Of a stretch of DNA of 64,000 nt, positions 40,301-54,200 are shown piece after piece. A model generated the notes under the pieces. That model saw only the letters and a program-made list of their open reading frames with translations, was not told where the DNA came from and did no database searches. This DNA comes from Auanema rhodensis (Eukaryota; Animalia; Nematoda): NCBI GenBank assembly GCA_964057225.1, contig OZ059894.1, positions 2,604,001-2,668,000 on the forward strand. The letters run 5' to 3'. Positions within the stretch are counted from its first letter, which is position 1. Each line of letters begins with the position of its first letter. A program made the translations under genes and the position numbers.

Positions 40301-43300
40301 TTAGCAAAAAGTAGATGTTTTTAGATTCCTTTTTTCAAGGCAAAGACGATGGACATTGTTATTCAACGAAAAAATTAATTCTTCAGGGTGAAAATCGAGG
40401 ATATAAGTGTGAACATATATCAGTTGATATCTCGGTGAATTTTTAAGCTAGCGCAAATCTGATAACACAGATCGACGCAGCTTAAAAATCCGCATCGAAT
40501 GCACTATACTACATTGAGAAACGCTCAATACAAAAATTAGTTATGATCGTTTGAAAAATGATGCATTAGTGTATGTTGAGTTTCCATGTACACTCAACAT
40601 TGCTTCCAAAAACATTTTGACAAAAATTTTTTCGGAAAATTTCAAGATAATTTAGCAAAAAGTAGATGTTTTTAGATTCCTTTTTTCAAGGCAAAGACGA
40701 TGAACATTGTTATTCAACGAAAAAATTAATTCTTCAGGGTGAAAATCGAGGATATAAGTGTGAACATATATCAGTTGATATCTCGGTGCATTTTTAAGCT
40801 AGCGCAAATCTGATAACACAGATCGACGCAGCTTAAAAATCCGCATCGAATGCACTATACTACATTGAGAAACGCTCAATACAAAAATTAGTTATGATCG
40901 TTTGAAAAATGATGCATTAGTGTATGTTGAGTTTCCATGTACACTCAACATTGCTTCCAAAAACATTTTGACAAAAATTTTTTCGGAAAATTTCAAGATA
41001 ATTTAGCAAAAAGTAGATGTTTTTAGATTCCTTTTTTCAAGGCAAAGACGATGGACATTGTTATTCAACGAAAAAATTAATTCTTCAGGGTGAAAATCGA
41101 GGATATAAGTGTGAACATATATCAGTTGATATCTCGGTGCATTTTTAAGCTAGCGCAAATCTGATAACACAGATCGACGCAGCTTAAAAATCCGCATCGA
41201 ATGCACTATACTACATTGAGAAACGCTCAATACAAAAATTAGTTATGATCGTTTGAAAAATGATGCATTAGTGTATGTTGAGTTTCCATGTACACTCAAC
41301 ATTGCTTCCAAAAACATTTTGACAAAAATTTTTTCGGAAAATTTCAAGATAATTTAGCAAAAAGTAGATGTTTTTAGATTCCTTTTTTCAAGGCAAAGAC
41401 GATGGACATTGTTATTCAACGAAAAAATTAATTCTTCAGGGTGAAAATCGAGGATATAAGTGTGAACATATATCAGTTGATATCTCGGTGCATTTTTAAG
41501 CTAGCGCAAATCTGATAACACAGATCGACGCAGCTTAAAAATCCGCATCGAATGCACTATACTACATTGAGAAACGCTCAATACAAGAATTAGTTATGAT
41601 CGTTTGAAAAATGATGCATTAGTGTATGTTGAGTTTCCATGTACACTCAACATTGCTTCCAAAAACATTTTGACAAAAATTTTTTCGAAAAATTTCAAAA
41701 TAATTTAGCAAAAAGTAGATGTTTTTAGATTTCTTTTTTCAAGGCGAAGACGATGGACATTGTTATTCAACGAAAAAATTAATTCTTCAGGGTGAAAATC
41801 GAGGATATAAGTGTGAACATATATCAGTTGATATCTCGGTGCATTTTTAAGCTAGCGCAAATCTGATAACACAGATCGACGCAGCTTAAAAATCCGCATC
41901 GAATGCACTATACTACATTGAGAAACGCTCAATACAAAAATTAGTTATGATCGTTTGAAAAATGATGCATTAGTGTATGTTGAGTTTCCATGTACACTCA
42001 ACATTGCTTCCAAAAACATTTTGACAAAAATTTTTTCGAAAAATTTCAAAATAATTTAGCAAAAAGTAGATGTTTTTAGATTCCTTTTTTCAAGGCAAAG
42101 ACGATGGACATTGTTATTCAACGAAAAAATTAATTCTTCAGGGTGAAAATCGAGGATATAAGTGTGAACATATATCAGTTGATATCTCGGTGCATTTTTA
42201 AGCTAGCGCAAATCTGATAACACAGATCGACGCAGCTTAAAAATCCGCATCGAATGCACTATACTACATTGAGAAACGCTCAATACAAAAATTAGTTATG
42301 ATCGTTTGAAAAATGATGCATTAGTGTATGTTGAGTTTCCATGTACACTCAACATTGCTTCCAAAAACATTTTGACAAAAATTTTTTCGGAAAATTTCAA
42401 GATAATTTAGCAAAAAGTAGATGTTTTTAGATTCCTTTTTTCAAGGCGAAGACGATGGACATTGTTATTCAACGAAAAAATTAATTCTTCAGGGTGAAAA
42501 TCGAGGATATAAGTGTGAACTTATATCAGTTGATATCTCGGTGCATTTTTAAGCTAGCGCAAATCTGATAACACAGATCGACGCAGCTTAAAAATCCGCA
42601 TCGAATGCACTATACTACATTGAGAAACGCTCAATACAAAAATTAGTTATGATCGTTTGAAAAATGATGCATTAGTGTATGTTGAGTTTCCATGTACACT
42701 CAACATTGCTTCCAAAAACATTTTGACAAAAATTTTTTCGAAAAATTTCAAAATAATTTAGCAAAAAGTAGATGTTTTCAGATTTTTTTTTCAAGGCAAA
42801 GACGATGGACAATGTTATTCAACGAAAAAATTAATTGTTCAGGGTGAAAATCGAGGATATAAGTGTGAACTTATATCAGTTGATATCTCGGTGCATTTTT
42901 AAGCTAGCGCAAATCTGATAACACAGATCGACGCAGCTTAAAAATCCGCATCGAATGCACTATACTACATTGAGAAACGCTCAATACAAAAATTAGTTAT
43001 GATCGTTTGAAAAATGATGCATTAGTGTATGTTGAGTTTCCATGTACACTCAACATTGCTTCCAAAAACATTTTGACAAAAATTTTTTCGAAAAATTTCA
43101 AAATAATTTAGCAAAAAGTAGATGTTTTTAGATTTCTTTTTTCAAGGCGAAGACGATGGACATTGTTATTCAACGAAAAAATTAATTCTTCAGGGTGAAA
43201 ATCGAGGATATAAGTGTGAACATATATCAGTTGATATCTCGGTGCATTTTTAAGCTAGCGCAAATCTGATAACACAGATCGACGCAGCTTAAAAATCCGC

Positions 43301-43898
43301 ATCGAATGCACTATACTACATTGAGAAACGCTCAATACAAAAATTAGTTATGATCGTTTGAAAAATGATGCATTAGTGTATGTTGAGTTTCCATGTACAC
43401 TCAACATTGCTTCCAAAAACATTTTGACAAAAATTTTTTCGAAAAATTTCAAAATAATTTAGCAAAAAGTAGATGTTTTTAGATTCCTTTTTTCAAGGCA
43501 AAGACGATGGACATTGTTATTCAACGAAAAAATTAATTCTTCAGGGTGAAAATCGAGGATATAAGTGTGAACATATATCAGTTGATATCTCGGTGCATTT
43601 TTAAGCTAGCGCAAATCTGATAACACAGATCGACGCAGCTTAAAAATCCGCATCGAATGCACTATACTACATTGAGAAACGCTCAATACAAAAATTAGTT
43701 ATGATCGTTTGAAAAATGATGCATTAGTGTATGTTGAGTTTCCATGTACACTCAACATTGCTTCCAAAAACATTTTGACAAAAATTTTTTCGGAAAATTT
43801 CAAGATAATTTAGCAAAAAGTAGATGTTTTTAGATTCCTTTTTTCAAGGCGAAGACGATGGACATTGTTATTCAACGAAAAAATTAATTCTTCAGGGT

Positions 43899-45050
43899 GA
43901 AAATCGAGGATATAAGTGTGAACTTATATCAGTTGATATCTCGGTGCATTTTTAAGCTAGCGCAAATCTGATAACACAGATCGACGCAGCTTAAAAATTC
44001 GCATCGAATGCACTATACTACATTGAAAAACGCTCAATACAAAAATTAGTTATGATCGTTTGAAAAATGATGCATTAGTGTATGTTGAGTTTCCATGTAC
44101 ACTCAACATTGCTTCCAAAAACATTTTGACAAAAATTTTTTCGAAAAATTTCAAAATAATTTAGCAAAAAGTAGATGTTTTCAGATTTTTTTTTCAAGGC
44201 AAAGACGATGGACAATGTTATTCAACGAAAAAATTAATTGTTCAGGGTGAAAATCGAGGATATAAGTGTGAACTTATATCAGTTGATATCTCGGTGCATT
44301 TTTAAGCTAGCGCAAATCTGATAACACAGATCGACGCAGCTTAAAAATCCGCATCGAATGCACTATACTACATTGAGAAACGCTCAATACAAAAATTAGT
44401 TATGATCGTTTGAAAAATGATGCATTAGTGTATGTTGAGTTTCCATGTACACTCAACATTGCTTCCAAAAACATTTTGACAAAAATTTTTTCGAAAATCG
44501 AGGATATAAGTGTGAACTTATATCAGTTGATATCTCGGTGCATTTTTAAGCTAGCGCAAATCTGATAACACAGATCGACGCAGCTTAAAAATTCGCATCG
44601 AATGCACTATACTACATTGAGAAACGCTCAATACAAAAATTAGTTATGATCGTTTGAAAAATGATGCATTAGTGTATGTTGAGTTTCCATGTACACTCAA
44701 CATTGCTTCCAAAAACATTTTGACAAAAATTTTTTCGAAAAATTTCAAAATAATTTAGCAAAAAGTAGATGTTTTCAGATTTTTTTTTCAAGGCAAAGAC
44801 GATGGACAATGTTATTCAACGAAAAAATTAATTGTTCAGGGTGAAAATCGAGGATATAAGTGTGAACTTATATCAGTTGATATCTCGGTGCATTTTTAAG
44901 CTAGCGCAAATCTGATAACACAGATCGACGCAGCTTAAAAATCCGCATCGAATGCACTATACTACATTGAGAAACGCTCAATACAAAAATTAGTTATGAT
45001 CGTTTGAAAAATGATGCATTAGTGTATGTTGAGTTTCCATGTACACTCAA
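43899..45050. repeat. Out-of-register 594-bp tandem duplication, equivalent to a 107-bp-truncated monomer, with its junction at 44493-44497
   Basis: The junction TTTTTTC-GAAAA-TCGAGGATAT joins monomer positions 273-277 to 29-33 of the next unit. TTCAACG anchors at 44221 and 44815 are 594 apart. Confidence 0.92.
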
Positions 45051-46399
45051 CATTGCTCCCAAAAACATTTTGACAAAAATTTTTTCGAAAAATTTCAAAA
45101 TAATTTAGCAAAAAGTAGATGTTTTTAGATTCCTTTTTTCAAGGCAAAGACGATGGACGATGTTATTCAACGAAAAAATTAATTCTTCAGGGTGAAAATC
45201 GAGGATATAAGTGTGAACTTATATCAGTTGATATCTCGGTGCATTTTCAAGCTAGCGCAAATCTGATAACACAGATCGACGCAGCTTAAAAATCCGCATC
45301 AAATGCACTATACTACATTGAGAAACGCTCAAAACAAAAATTAGTTATGATCGTTTGAAAAATGATGCATTAGTGTATGTTGAGTTTCCATGTACACTCA
45401 ACATTGCTTCCAAAAACATTTTGACAAAAATTTTTTCGAAAAATTTCAAAATAATTTAGCAAAAAGTAGATGTTTTTAGATTCCGTTTTTCAAGGCAAAG
45501 ACGATGGACTTTGTTATTCAACGAAAAAATCAATTCTTCAGGGTGAAAATCGAGGATCTAAGTGTGAACTTATATCAGTTGATATCTCGGTGCATTTTTA
45601 AGCTAGCGCAAATCTGATAACACAGATCGACGCAGCTTAAAAATCCGCATCGAATGCACTATACTACATTGAGAAACGCTCAATACAAAAATTAGTTATG
45701 ATCGTTTGAAAAATGATGCATTAGTGTATGTTGAGTTTCCATGTACACTCAACATTGCTTCCAAAAACATTTTGACAAAAATTTTTTCGAAAAATTTCAA
45801 AATATTTTAGCAAGAAGTAGATGTTTTTAGATACCTTTTTTCAAGGCAAAGACGATGGACAATGTTATTCAACGAAAAAATAATTTCTTCAGGGTGAAAA
45901 TCGAGGATATAAGTGTGAACTTATATCAGTTGATATCTCGGTACATTTTTAAGCTAGCGCAAATCTGATAACACAGATCGACGCAGCTTAAAAATCCGCA
46001 TCAAATGCACTATACTACATTGAGAAACGCTCAATACAAAAATTAGTTATGATCGTTTGAAAAATGATGAATTAGTGTATGTTGAGTTTCCATGTACACT
46101 CAACATTGCTTCTAAAAACATTTTGACAAAAATTTTTTCGAAAAATTTCAAAATAATTTAGCAAAAAGTAGATGTTTTCAGATTTTTTTTTCAAGGCAAA
46201 GACGATGGACGATGTTATTCAACGAAAAAATTAATTCTTCAGGGTGAAAATCGAGGATATAAGTGTGAACTTATATCAGTTGATATCTCGGTGCATTTTT
46301 AAGCTAGCGCAAATCTGATAACACAGATCGACGCAGCTTAAAAATCCGCATCGAATGCACTATACTACATTGAGAAACGCTCAATACAAAAATTAGTTA

Positions 46400-49330
46400 T
46401 GATCGTTTGAAAAATGATGCATTAGTGTATGTTGAGTTTCCATGTACACTCAACATTGCTTCCAAAAACATTTTGACAAAAATTTTTTCGAAAAATTTCA
46501 AAATAATTTAGCAAAAAGTAGATGTTTTTAGATTCCTTTTTTCAAGGCAAAGACGATGGACGATGTTATTCAACGAAAAAATTAATTCTTCAGGGTGAAA
46601 ATCGAGGATATAAGTGTGAACTTATATCAGTTGATATCTCGGTGCATTTTCAAGCTAGCGCAAATCTGATAACACAGATCGAAGCAGCTTAAAAATCCGC
46701 ATCGAATGCACTATACTACATTGAGAAACGCTAAATACAAAAATTAGTTATGATCGTTTGAAAAATGATGAATTAGTGTATGTTGAGTTTCCATGTACAC
46801 TCAACATTGCTTCCAAAAACATTTTGACAAAAATTTTTTCGAAAAATTTCAAAATAATTTAGCAAAAAGTAGATGTTTTTAGATTCCGTTTTTCAAGGCA
46901 AAGACGATGGACTTTGTTATTCAACGAAAAAATCAATTCTTCAGGGTGAAAATCGAGGATATAAGTGTGAACTTATATCAGTTGATATCTCGGTGCATTT
47001 TTAAGCTAGCGCAAATCTGATAACACAGATCGACGCAGCTTAAAAATCCGCATCGAATGCACTATACTACATTGAGAAACGCTCAATACAAAAATTAGTT
47101 ATGATCGTTTGAAAAATGATGCATTAGTGTATGTTGAGTTTCCATGTACACTCAACATTGCTTCCAAAAACATTTTGACAAAAATTTTTTCGAAAAATTT
47201 CAAAATATTTTAGCAAGAAGTAGATGTTTTTAGATTCCTTTTTTCAAGGCAAAGACGATGGACAATGTTATTCAACGAAAAAATAATTTCTTCAGGGTGA
47301 AAATCGAGGATATAAGTGTGAACTTATATCAGTTGATATCTCGGTACATTTTTAAGCTAGCGCAAATCTGATAACACAGATCGACGCAGCTTAAAAATCC
47401 GCATCAAATGCACTATACTACATTGAGAAACGCTCAATACAAAAATTAGTTATGATCGTTTGAAAAATGATGAATTAGTGTATGTTGAGTTTCCATGTAC
47501 ACTCAACATTGCTTCCAAAAACATTTTGACAAAAATTTTTTCGAAAAATTTCAAAATAATTTAGCAAAAAGTAGATGTTTTTAGATTTCTTTTTTCAAGG
47601 CAAAGACGATGGACGATGTTATTCAACGAAAAAATTAATTCTTCAGGGTGAAAATCGAGGATATAAGTGTGAACTTATATCAGTTGATATCTCGGTGCAC
47701 TTTCAAGCTAGCGCAAATCTGATAACACAGATCGACGCAGCTTAAAAATCCGCATCAAATGCACTATACTACATTGAGAAACGCTCAATACAAAAATTAG
47801 TTATGATCGTTTGAAAAATGATGAATTAGTGTATGTTGAGTTTCCATGTACACTCAACATTGCTTCCAAAAACATTTTGACAAAAATTTTTTCGAGAAAT
47901 TTCAAAATAATTTAGCAAAAAGTAGATGTTTTTAGATTCCTTTTTTCAAGGCGAAGACGATGGACATTGTTATTCAACGAAAAAATTAATTCTTCAGGGT
48001 GAAAATCGAGGATATAAGTGTGAACTTATATCAGTTGATATCTCGGTGCATTTTTAAGCTAGCGCAAATCTGATAACACAGATCGACGCAGCTTAAAAAT
48101 CCGCATCGAATGCACTATACTACATTGAGAAACGCTCAATACAAAAATTAGTTATGATCGTTTGAAAAATGATGCATTAGTGTATGTTGAGTTTCCATGT
48201 ACACTCAACATTGCTTCCAAAAACATTTTGACAAAAATTTTTTCGAAAAATTTCAAAATAATTTAGCAAAAAGTAGATGTTTTTAGATTCCTTTTTTCAA
48301 GGCAAAGACGATGGACGATGTTATTCAACGAAAAAATTAATTCTTCAGGGTGAAAATCGAGGATATAAGTGTGAACTTATATCAGTTGATATCTCGGTGC
48401 ATTTTCAAGCTAGCGCAAATCTGATAACACAGATCGAAGCAGCTTAAAAATCCGCATCGAATGCACTATACTACATTGAGAAACGCTAAATACAAAAATT
48501 AGTTATGATCGTTTGAAAAATGATGAATTAGTGTATGTTGAGTTTCCATGTACACTCAACATTGCTTCCAAAAACATTTTGACAAAAATTTTTTCGAAAA
48601 ATTTCAAAATAATTTAGCAAAAAGTAGATGTTTTTAGATTCCGTTTTTCAAGGCAAAGACGATGGACTTTGTTATTCAACGAAAAAATCAATTCTTCAGG
48701 GTGAAAATCGAGGATATAAGTGTGAACTTATATCAGTTGATATCTCGGTGCATTTTTAAGCTAGCGCAAATCTGATAACACAGATCGACGCAGCTTAAAA
48801 ATCCGCATCGAATGCACTATACTACATTGAGAAACGCTCAATACAAAAATTAGTTATGATCGTTTGAAAAATGATGCATTAGTGTATGTTGAGTTTCCAT
48901 GTACACTCAACATTGCTTCCAAAAACATTTTGACAAAAATTTTTTCGAAAAATTTCAAAATATTTTAGCAAGAAGTAGATGTTTTTAGATTCCTTTTTTC
49001 AAGGCAAAGACGATGGACAATGTTATTCAACGAAAAAATAATTTCTTCAGGGTGAAAATCGAGGATATAAGTGTGAACTTATATCAGTTGATATCTCGGT
49101 ACATTTTTAAGCTAGCGCAAATCTGATAACACAGATCGACGCAGCTTAAAAATCCGCATCAAATGCACTATACTACATTGAGAAACGCTCAATACAAAAA
49201 TTAGTTATGATCGTTTGAAAAATGATGAATTAGTGTATGTTGAGTTTCCATGTACACTCAACATTGCTTCCAAAAACATTTTGACAAAAATTTTTTCGAA
49301 AAATTTCAAAATAATTTAGCAAAAAGTAGA
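46400..49330. repeat. 5-mer duplication (1755 bp), about 1.7 copies
   Basis: GATCGAAGC at 46677 and 48432; ATTCCGTTT at 46883 and 48638. AATATTTTAGCAAGAAG and CGGTACATT recur at the same shift. Confidence 0.85.
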
Positions 49331-51299
49331 TGTTTTTAGATTTCTTTTTTCAAGGCGAAGACGATGGACATTGTTATTCAACGAAAAAATTAATTCTTCA
49401 GGGTGAAAATCGAGGATATAAGTGTGAACTTATATCAGTTGATATCTCGGTGCATTTTTAAGCTAGCGCAAATCTGATAACACAGATCGACGCAGCTTAA
49501 AAATCCGCATCAAATGCACTATACTACATTGAGAAACGCTCAATACAAAAATTAGTTATGATCGTTTGAAAAATGATGAATTAGTGTATGTTGAGTTTCC
49601 ATGTACACTCAACATTGCTTCCAAAAACATTTTGACAAAAATTTTTTCGAAAAATTTCAAAATAATTTAGCAAAAAGTAGATGTTTTTAGATTTCTTTTT
49701 TCAAGGCAAAGACGATGGACGATGTTATTCAACGAAAAAATTAATTCTTCAGGGTGAAAATCGAGGATATAAGTGTGAACTTATATCAGTTGATATCTCG
49801 GTGCACTTTCAAGCTAGCGCAAATCTGATAACACAGATCGACGCAGCTTAAAAATCCGCATCAAATGCACTATACTACATTGAGAAACGCTCAATACAAA
49901 AATTAGTTATGATCGTTTGAAAAATGATGAATTAGTGTATGTTGAGTTTCCATGTACACTCAACATTGCTTCCAAAAACATTTTGACAAAAATTTTTTCG
50001 AGAAATTTCAAAATAATTTAGCAAAAAGTAGATGTTTTTAGATTCCTTTTTTCAAGGCGAAGACGATGGACATTGTTATTCAACGAAAAAATTAATTCTT
50101 CAGGGTGAAAATCGAGGATATAAGTGTGAACTTATATCAGTTGATATCTCGGTGCATTTTTAAGCTAGCGCAAATCTGATAACACAGATCGACGCAGCTT
50201 AAAAATCCGCATCGAATGCACTATACTACATTGAGAAACGCTAAATACAAAAATTAGTTATGATCGTTTGAAAAATGATGCATTAGTGTATGTTGAGTTT
50301 CCATGTACACTCAACATTGCTTCCAAAAACATTTTGACAAAAATTTTTTCGAAAAATTTCAAAATAATTTAGCAAAAAGTAGATGTTTTTAGATTCCTTT
50401 TTTTAAGGCAAAGACGATGGACAATGTTATTCAACGAAAAAATTAATTCTTCAGGGTGAAAATCGAGGATATAAGTGTGAACTTATATCAGTTGATATCT
50501 CGGTGCATTTTTAAGCTAGCGCAAATCTGATAACACAGATCGATGCAGCTCAAAAATCCGCATCGAATGCACTATACTACATTGAGAAACGCTTAATACA
50601 AAAATTAGTTATGATCGTTTGAAAAATGATGCATTAGTGTATGTTGAGTTTCCATGTACACTCAACATTGCTTCCAAAAACATTTTGACAAAAATTTTTT
50701 CGAAAAATTTCAAAATAATTTAGCAAAAAGTAGATGTTTTTAGATTCCTTTTTTCAAGGCAAAGACGATGGACAATGTTATTCAACGAAAAAATTGATTC
50801 TTCAGGGTGAAAATCGAGGATATAAGTGTGAACTTATATCAGTTGATATCTCGGTGCATTTTTAAGCTAGCGCAACTCTGATAACACAGATCGACGCAGC
50901 TTAAAAATCCGCATCGAATGCACTATACTACATTGAGAAACGCTTAATACAACAATTAGTTATGATCGTTTGAAAAATGATGCATTAGTGTATGTTGAGT
51001 TTCCATGTACACTCAACATTGCTTCCAAAAACATTTTGACAAAAATTTTTTTGAAAAATTTCAAAATAATTTTGCAAAAATTAGATGTTTTCAGATTCTT
51101 TTTTTCAAGGCAAAGACGATGGACAATTTTATTCAACGAAAAAATTAATTCTTCAGGGTGAAAATTGAGGATATAAGTGTGAACTTATATCAGTTGATAT
51201 CTCGGTGCATTTTTAAGCTAGCGCAAATCTGATAACACAGATCGACGCAGCTTAAAAATCCGCATCGAATGCACTATACTACATTGAGAAACGCTCAAT

Positions 51300-54200
51300 A
51301 CAAAAATTAGTTATGATCGTTTGAAAAATGATGCATTAGTGTATGTTGAGTTTCCATGTACACTCAACATTGCTTCCAAAAACATTTTGACAAAAATTTT
51401 TTCGAAAAATTTCAAAATAATTTAGCAAAAAGTAGATGTTTTTAGTTTCCTTTTTTCAAGGCAAAGACGATGGACGATGTTATTCAACGAAAAAATTATT
51501 TCTTCAGGGTGAAAATCGAGGATATAAGTGTGAACTTATATCAGTTGATATCTCGGTGCATTTTTAAGCTAGCGCAAATCTGATAACACAGATCGATGCA
51601 GCTTAAAAATCCGCATCGAATGCACTATACTACATTGAGAAACGCTTAATACAAAAATTAGTTATGATCGTTTGAAAAATGATGCATTAGTGTATGTTGA
51701 GTTTCCATGTACACTCAACATTGCTTCCAAAAACATTTTGACAAAAATTTTTTCGAAAAATTTCAAAATAATTTAGCAAAAAGTAGATGTTTTTAGTTTC
51801 CTTTTTTCAAGGCAAAGACGATGGACGATGTTATTCAACGAAAAAATTATTTCTTCAGGGTGAAAATCGAGGATATAAGTGTGAACTTATATCAGTTGAT
51901 ATCTCGGTGCATTTTTAAGCTAGCGCAAATCTGATAACACAGATCGATGCAGCTTAAAAATCCGCATCGAATGCACTATACTACATTGGGAAACGCTTAA
52001 TACAAAAATTAGTTATGATCGTTTGAAAAATGATGCATTAGTGTATGTTGAGTTTCCATGTACACTCAACATTGCTTCCAAAAACATTTTGACAAAAATT
52101 TTTTCGAAAAATTTCAGAATAATTTAGCAAAAAGTAGATGTTTTTAGATTCCTTTTTTCAAGGCAAAGACGATGGACATTGTTATTCAACGAAAAAATTA
52201 TTTCTTCAGGGTGAAAATCGAGGATATAAGTGTGAACATATATCAGTTGATATCTCGGTGCATTTTTAAGCTAGCGCAAATCTGATAACACAGACCGACG
52301 CAGCTTAAAAATCCGCATCGAATGCACTATACCACATTGAGAAACGCTCAATACAAAAATTAGTTATGATCGTTTGAAAAATGATGCATTAGTGTATGTT
52401 GAGTTTCCATGTACACTCAACATTGCTTCCAAAAACATTTTGACAAAAATTTTTTCGAAAAATTTCAAAATAATTTAGCAAAAAGTAGATGTTTTTAGAT
52501 TCCTTTTTTCAAGGCGAAGACGATGGACATTGTTATTCAACGAAAAAATTAATTCTTCAGGGTGAAAATCGAGGATATAAGTGTGAACTTATATCAGTTG
52601 ATATCTCGGTGCATTTTTAAGCTAGCGCAAATCTGATAACACAGATCGACGCAGCTTACAAATCCGCATCGAATGCACTATACTACATTGAAAAACGCCT
52701 AATACAAAAATTAGTTATGATCGTTTGAAAAATGATGCATTAGTGTATGTTGAGTTTCCATGTACACTCAACATTGCTTCCAAAAACATTTTGACAAAAA
52801 TTTTTTCGAAAAATTTCAAAATAATTTAGCGAAAAGTAGATGTTTTTAGATTCCTTTTTTCAAGGCAAAGACGATGGACATTGTTATTCAACGAAAAAAT
52901 TAATTCTTCAGGGTGAAAATCGAGGATATAAGTGTGAACTTATATCAGTTGATATCTCGGTGCATTTTTAAGCTAGCGCAAATCTGATAACACAGATCGA
53001 CGCAGCTTACAAATCCGCATCGAATGCACTATACTACATTGAAAAACGCCTAATACAAAAATTAGTTATGATCGTTTGAAAAATGATGCATTAGTGTATG
53101 TTGAGTTTCCATGTACACTCAACATTGCTTCCAAAAACATTTTGACAAAAATTTTTTCGAAAAATTTCAAAATAATTTAGCGAAAAGTAGATGTTTTTAG
53201 ATTCCTTTTTTCAAGGCAAAGACGATGGACATTGTTATTCAACGAAAAAATTAATTCTTCAGGGTGAAAATCGAGGATATAAGTGTGAACATATATCAGT
53301 TGATATCTCGGTGCATTTTTAAGCTAGCGCAAATCTGATAACACAGATCGACGCAGCTTAAAAATCCGCATCGAATGCACTATACTACATTGAGAAACGC
53401 TTAATACAAAAATTAGTTATGATCGTTTGAAAAATGATGCATTAGTGTATGTTGAGTTTCCATGTACACTCAACATTGCTTCCAAAAACATTTTGACAAA
53501 AATTTTTTCGAAAAATTTCAAAATAATTTAGCAAAAAGTAGATGTTTTTAGTTTCCTTTTTTCAAGGCAAAGACGATGGACGATGTTATTCAACGAAAAA
53601 ATTATTTCTTCAGGGTGAAAATCGAGGATATAAGTGTGAACTTATATCAGTTGATATCTCGGTGCATTTTTAAGCTAGCGCAAATCTGATAACACAGATC
53701 GATGCAGCTTAAAAATCCGCATCGAATGCACTATACTACATTGAGAAACGCTTAATACAAAAATTAGTTATGATCGTTTGAAAAATGATGCATTAGTGTA
53801 TGTTGAGTTTCCATGTACACTCAACATTGCTTCCAAAAACATTTTGACAAAAATTTTTTCGAAAAATTTCAAAATAATTTAGCAAAAAGTAGATGTTTTT
53901 AGTTTCCTTTTTTCAAGGCAAAGACGATGGACGATGTTATTCAACGAAAAAATTATTTCTTCAGGGTGAAAATCGAGGATATAAGTGTGAACTTATATCA
54001 GTTGATATCTCGGTGCATTTTTAAGCTAGCGCAAATCTGATAACACAGATCGATGCAGCTTAAAAATCCGCATCGAATGCACTATACTACATTGGGAAAC
54101 GCTTAATACAAAAATTAGTTATGATCGTTTGAAAAATGATGCATTAGTGTATGTTGAGTTTCCATGTACACTCAACATTGCTTCCAAAAACATTTTGACA

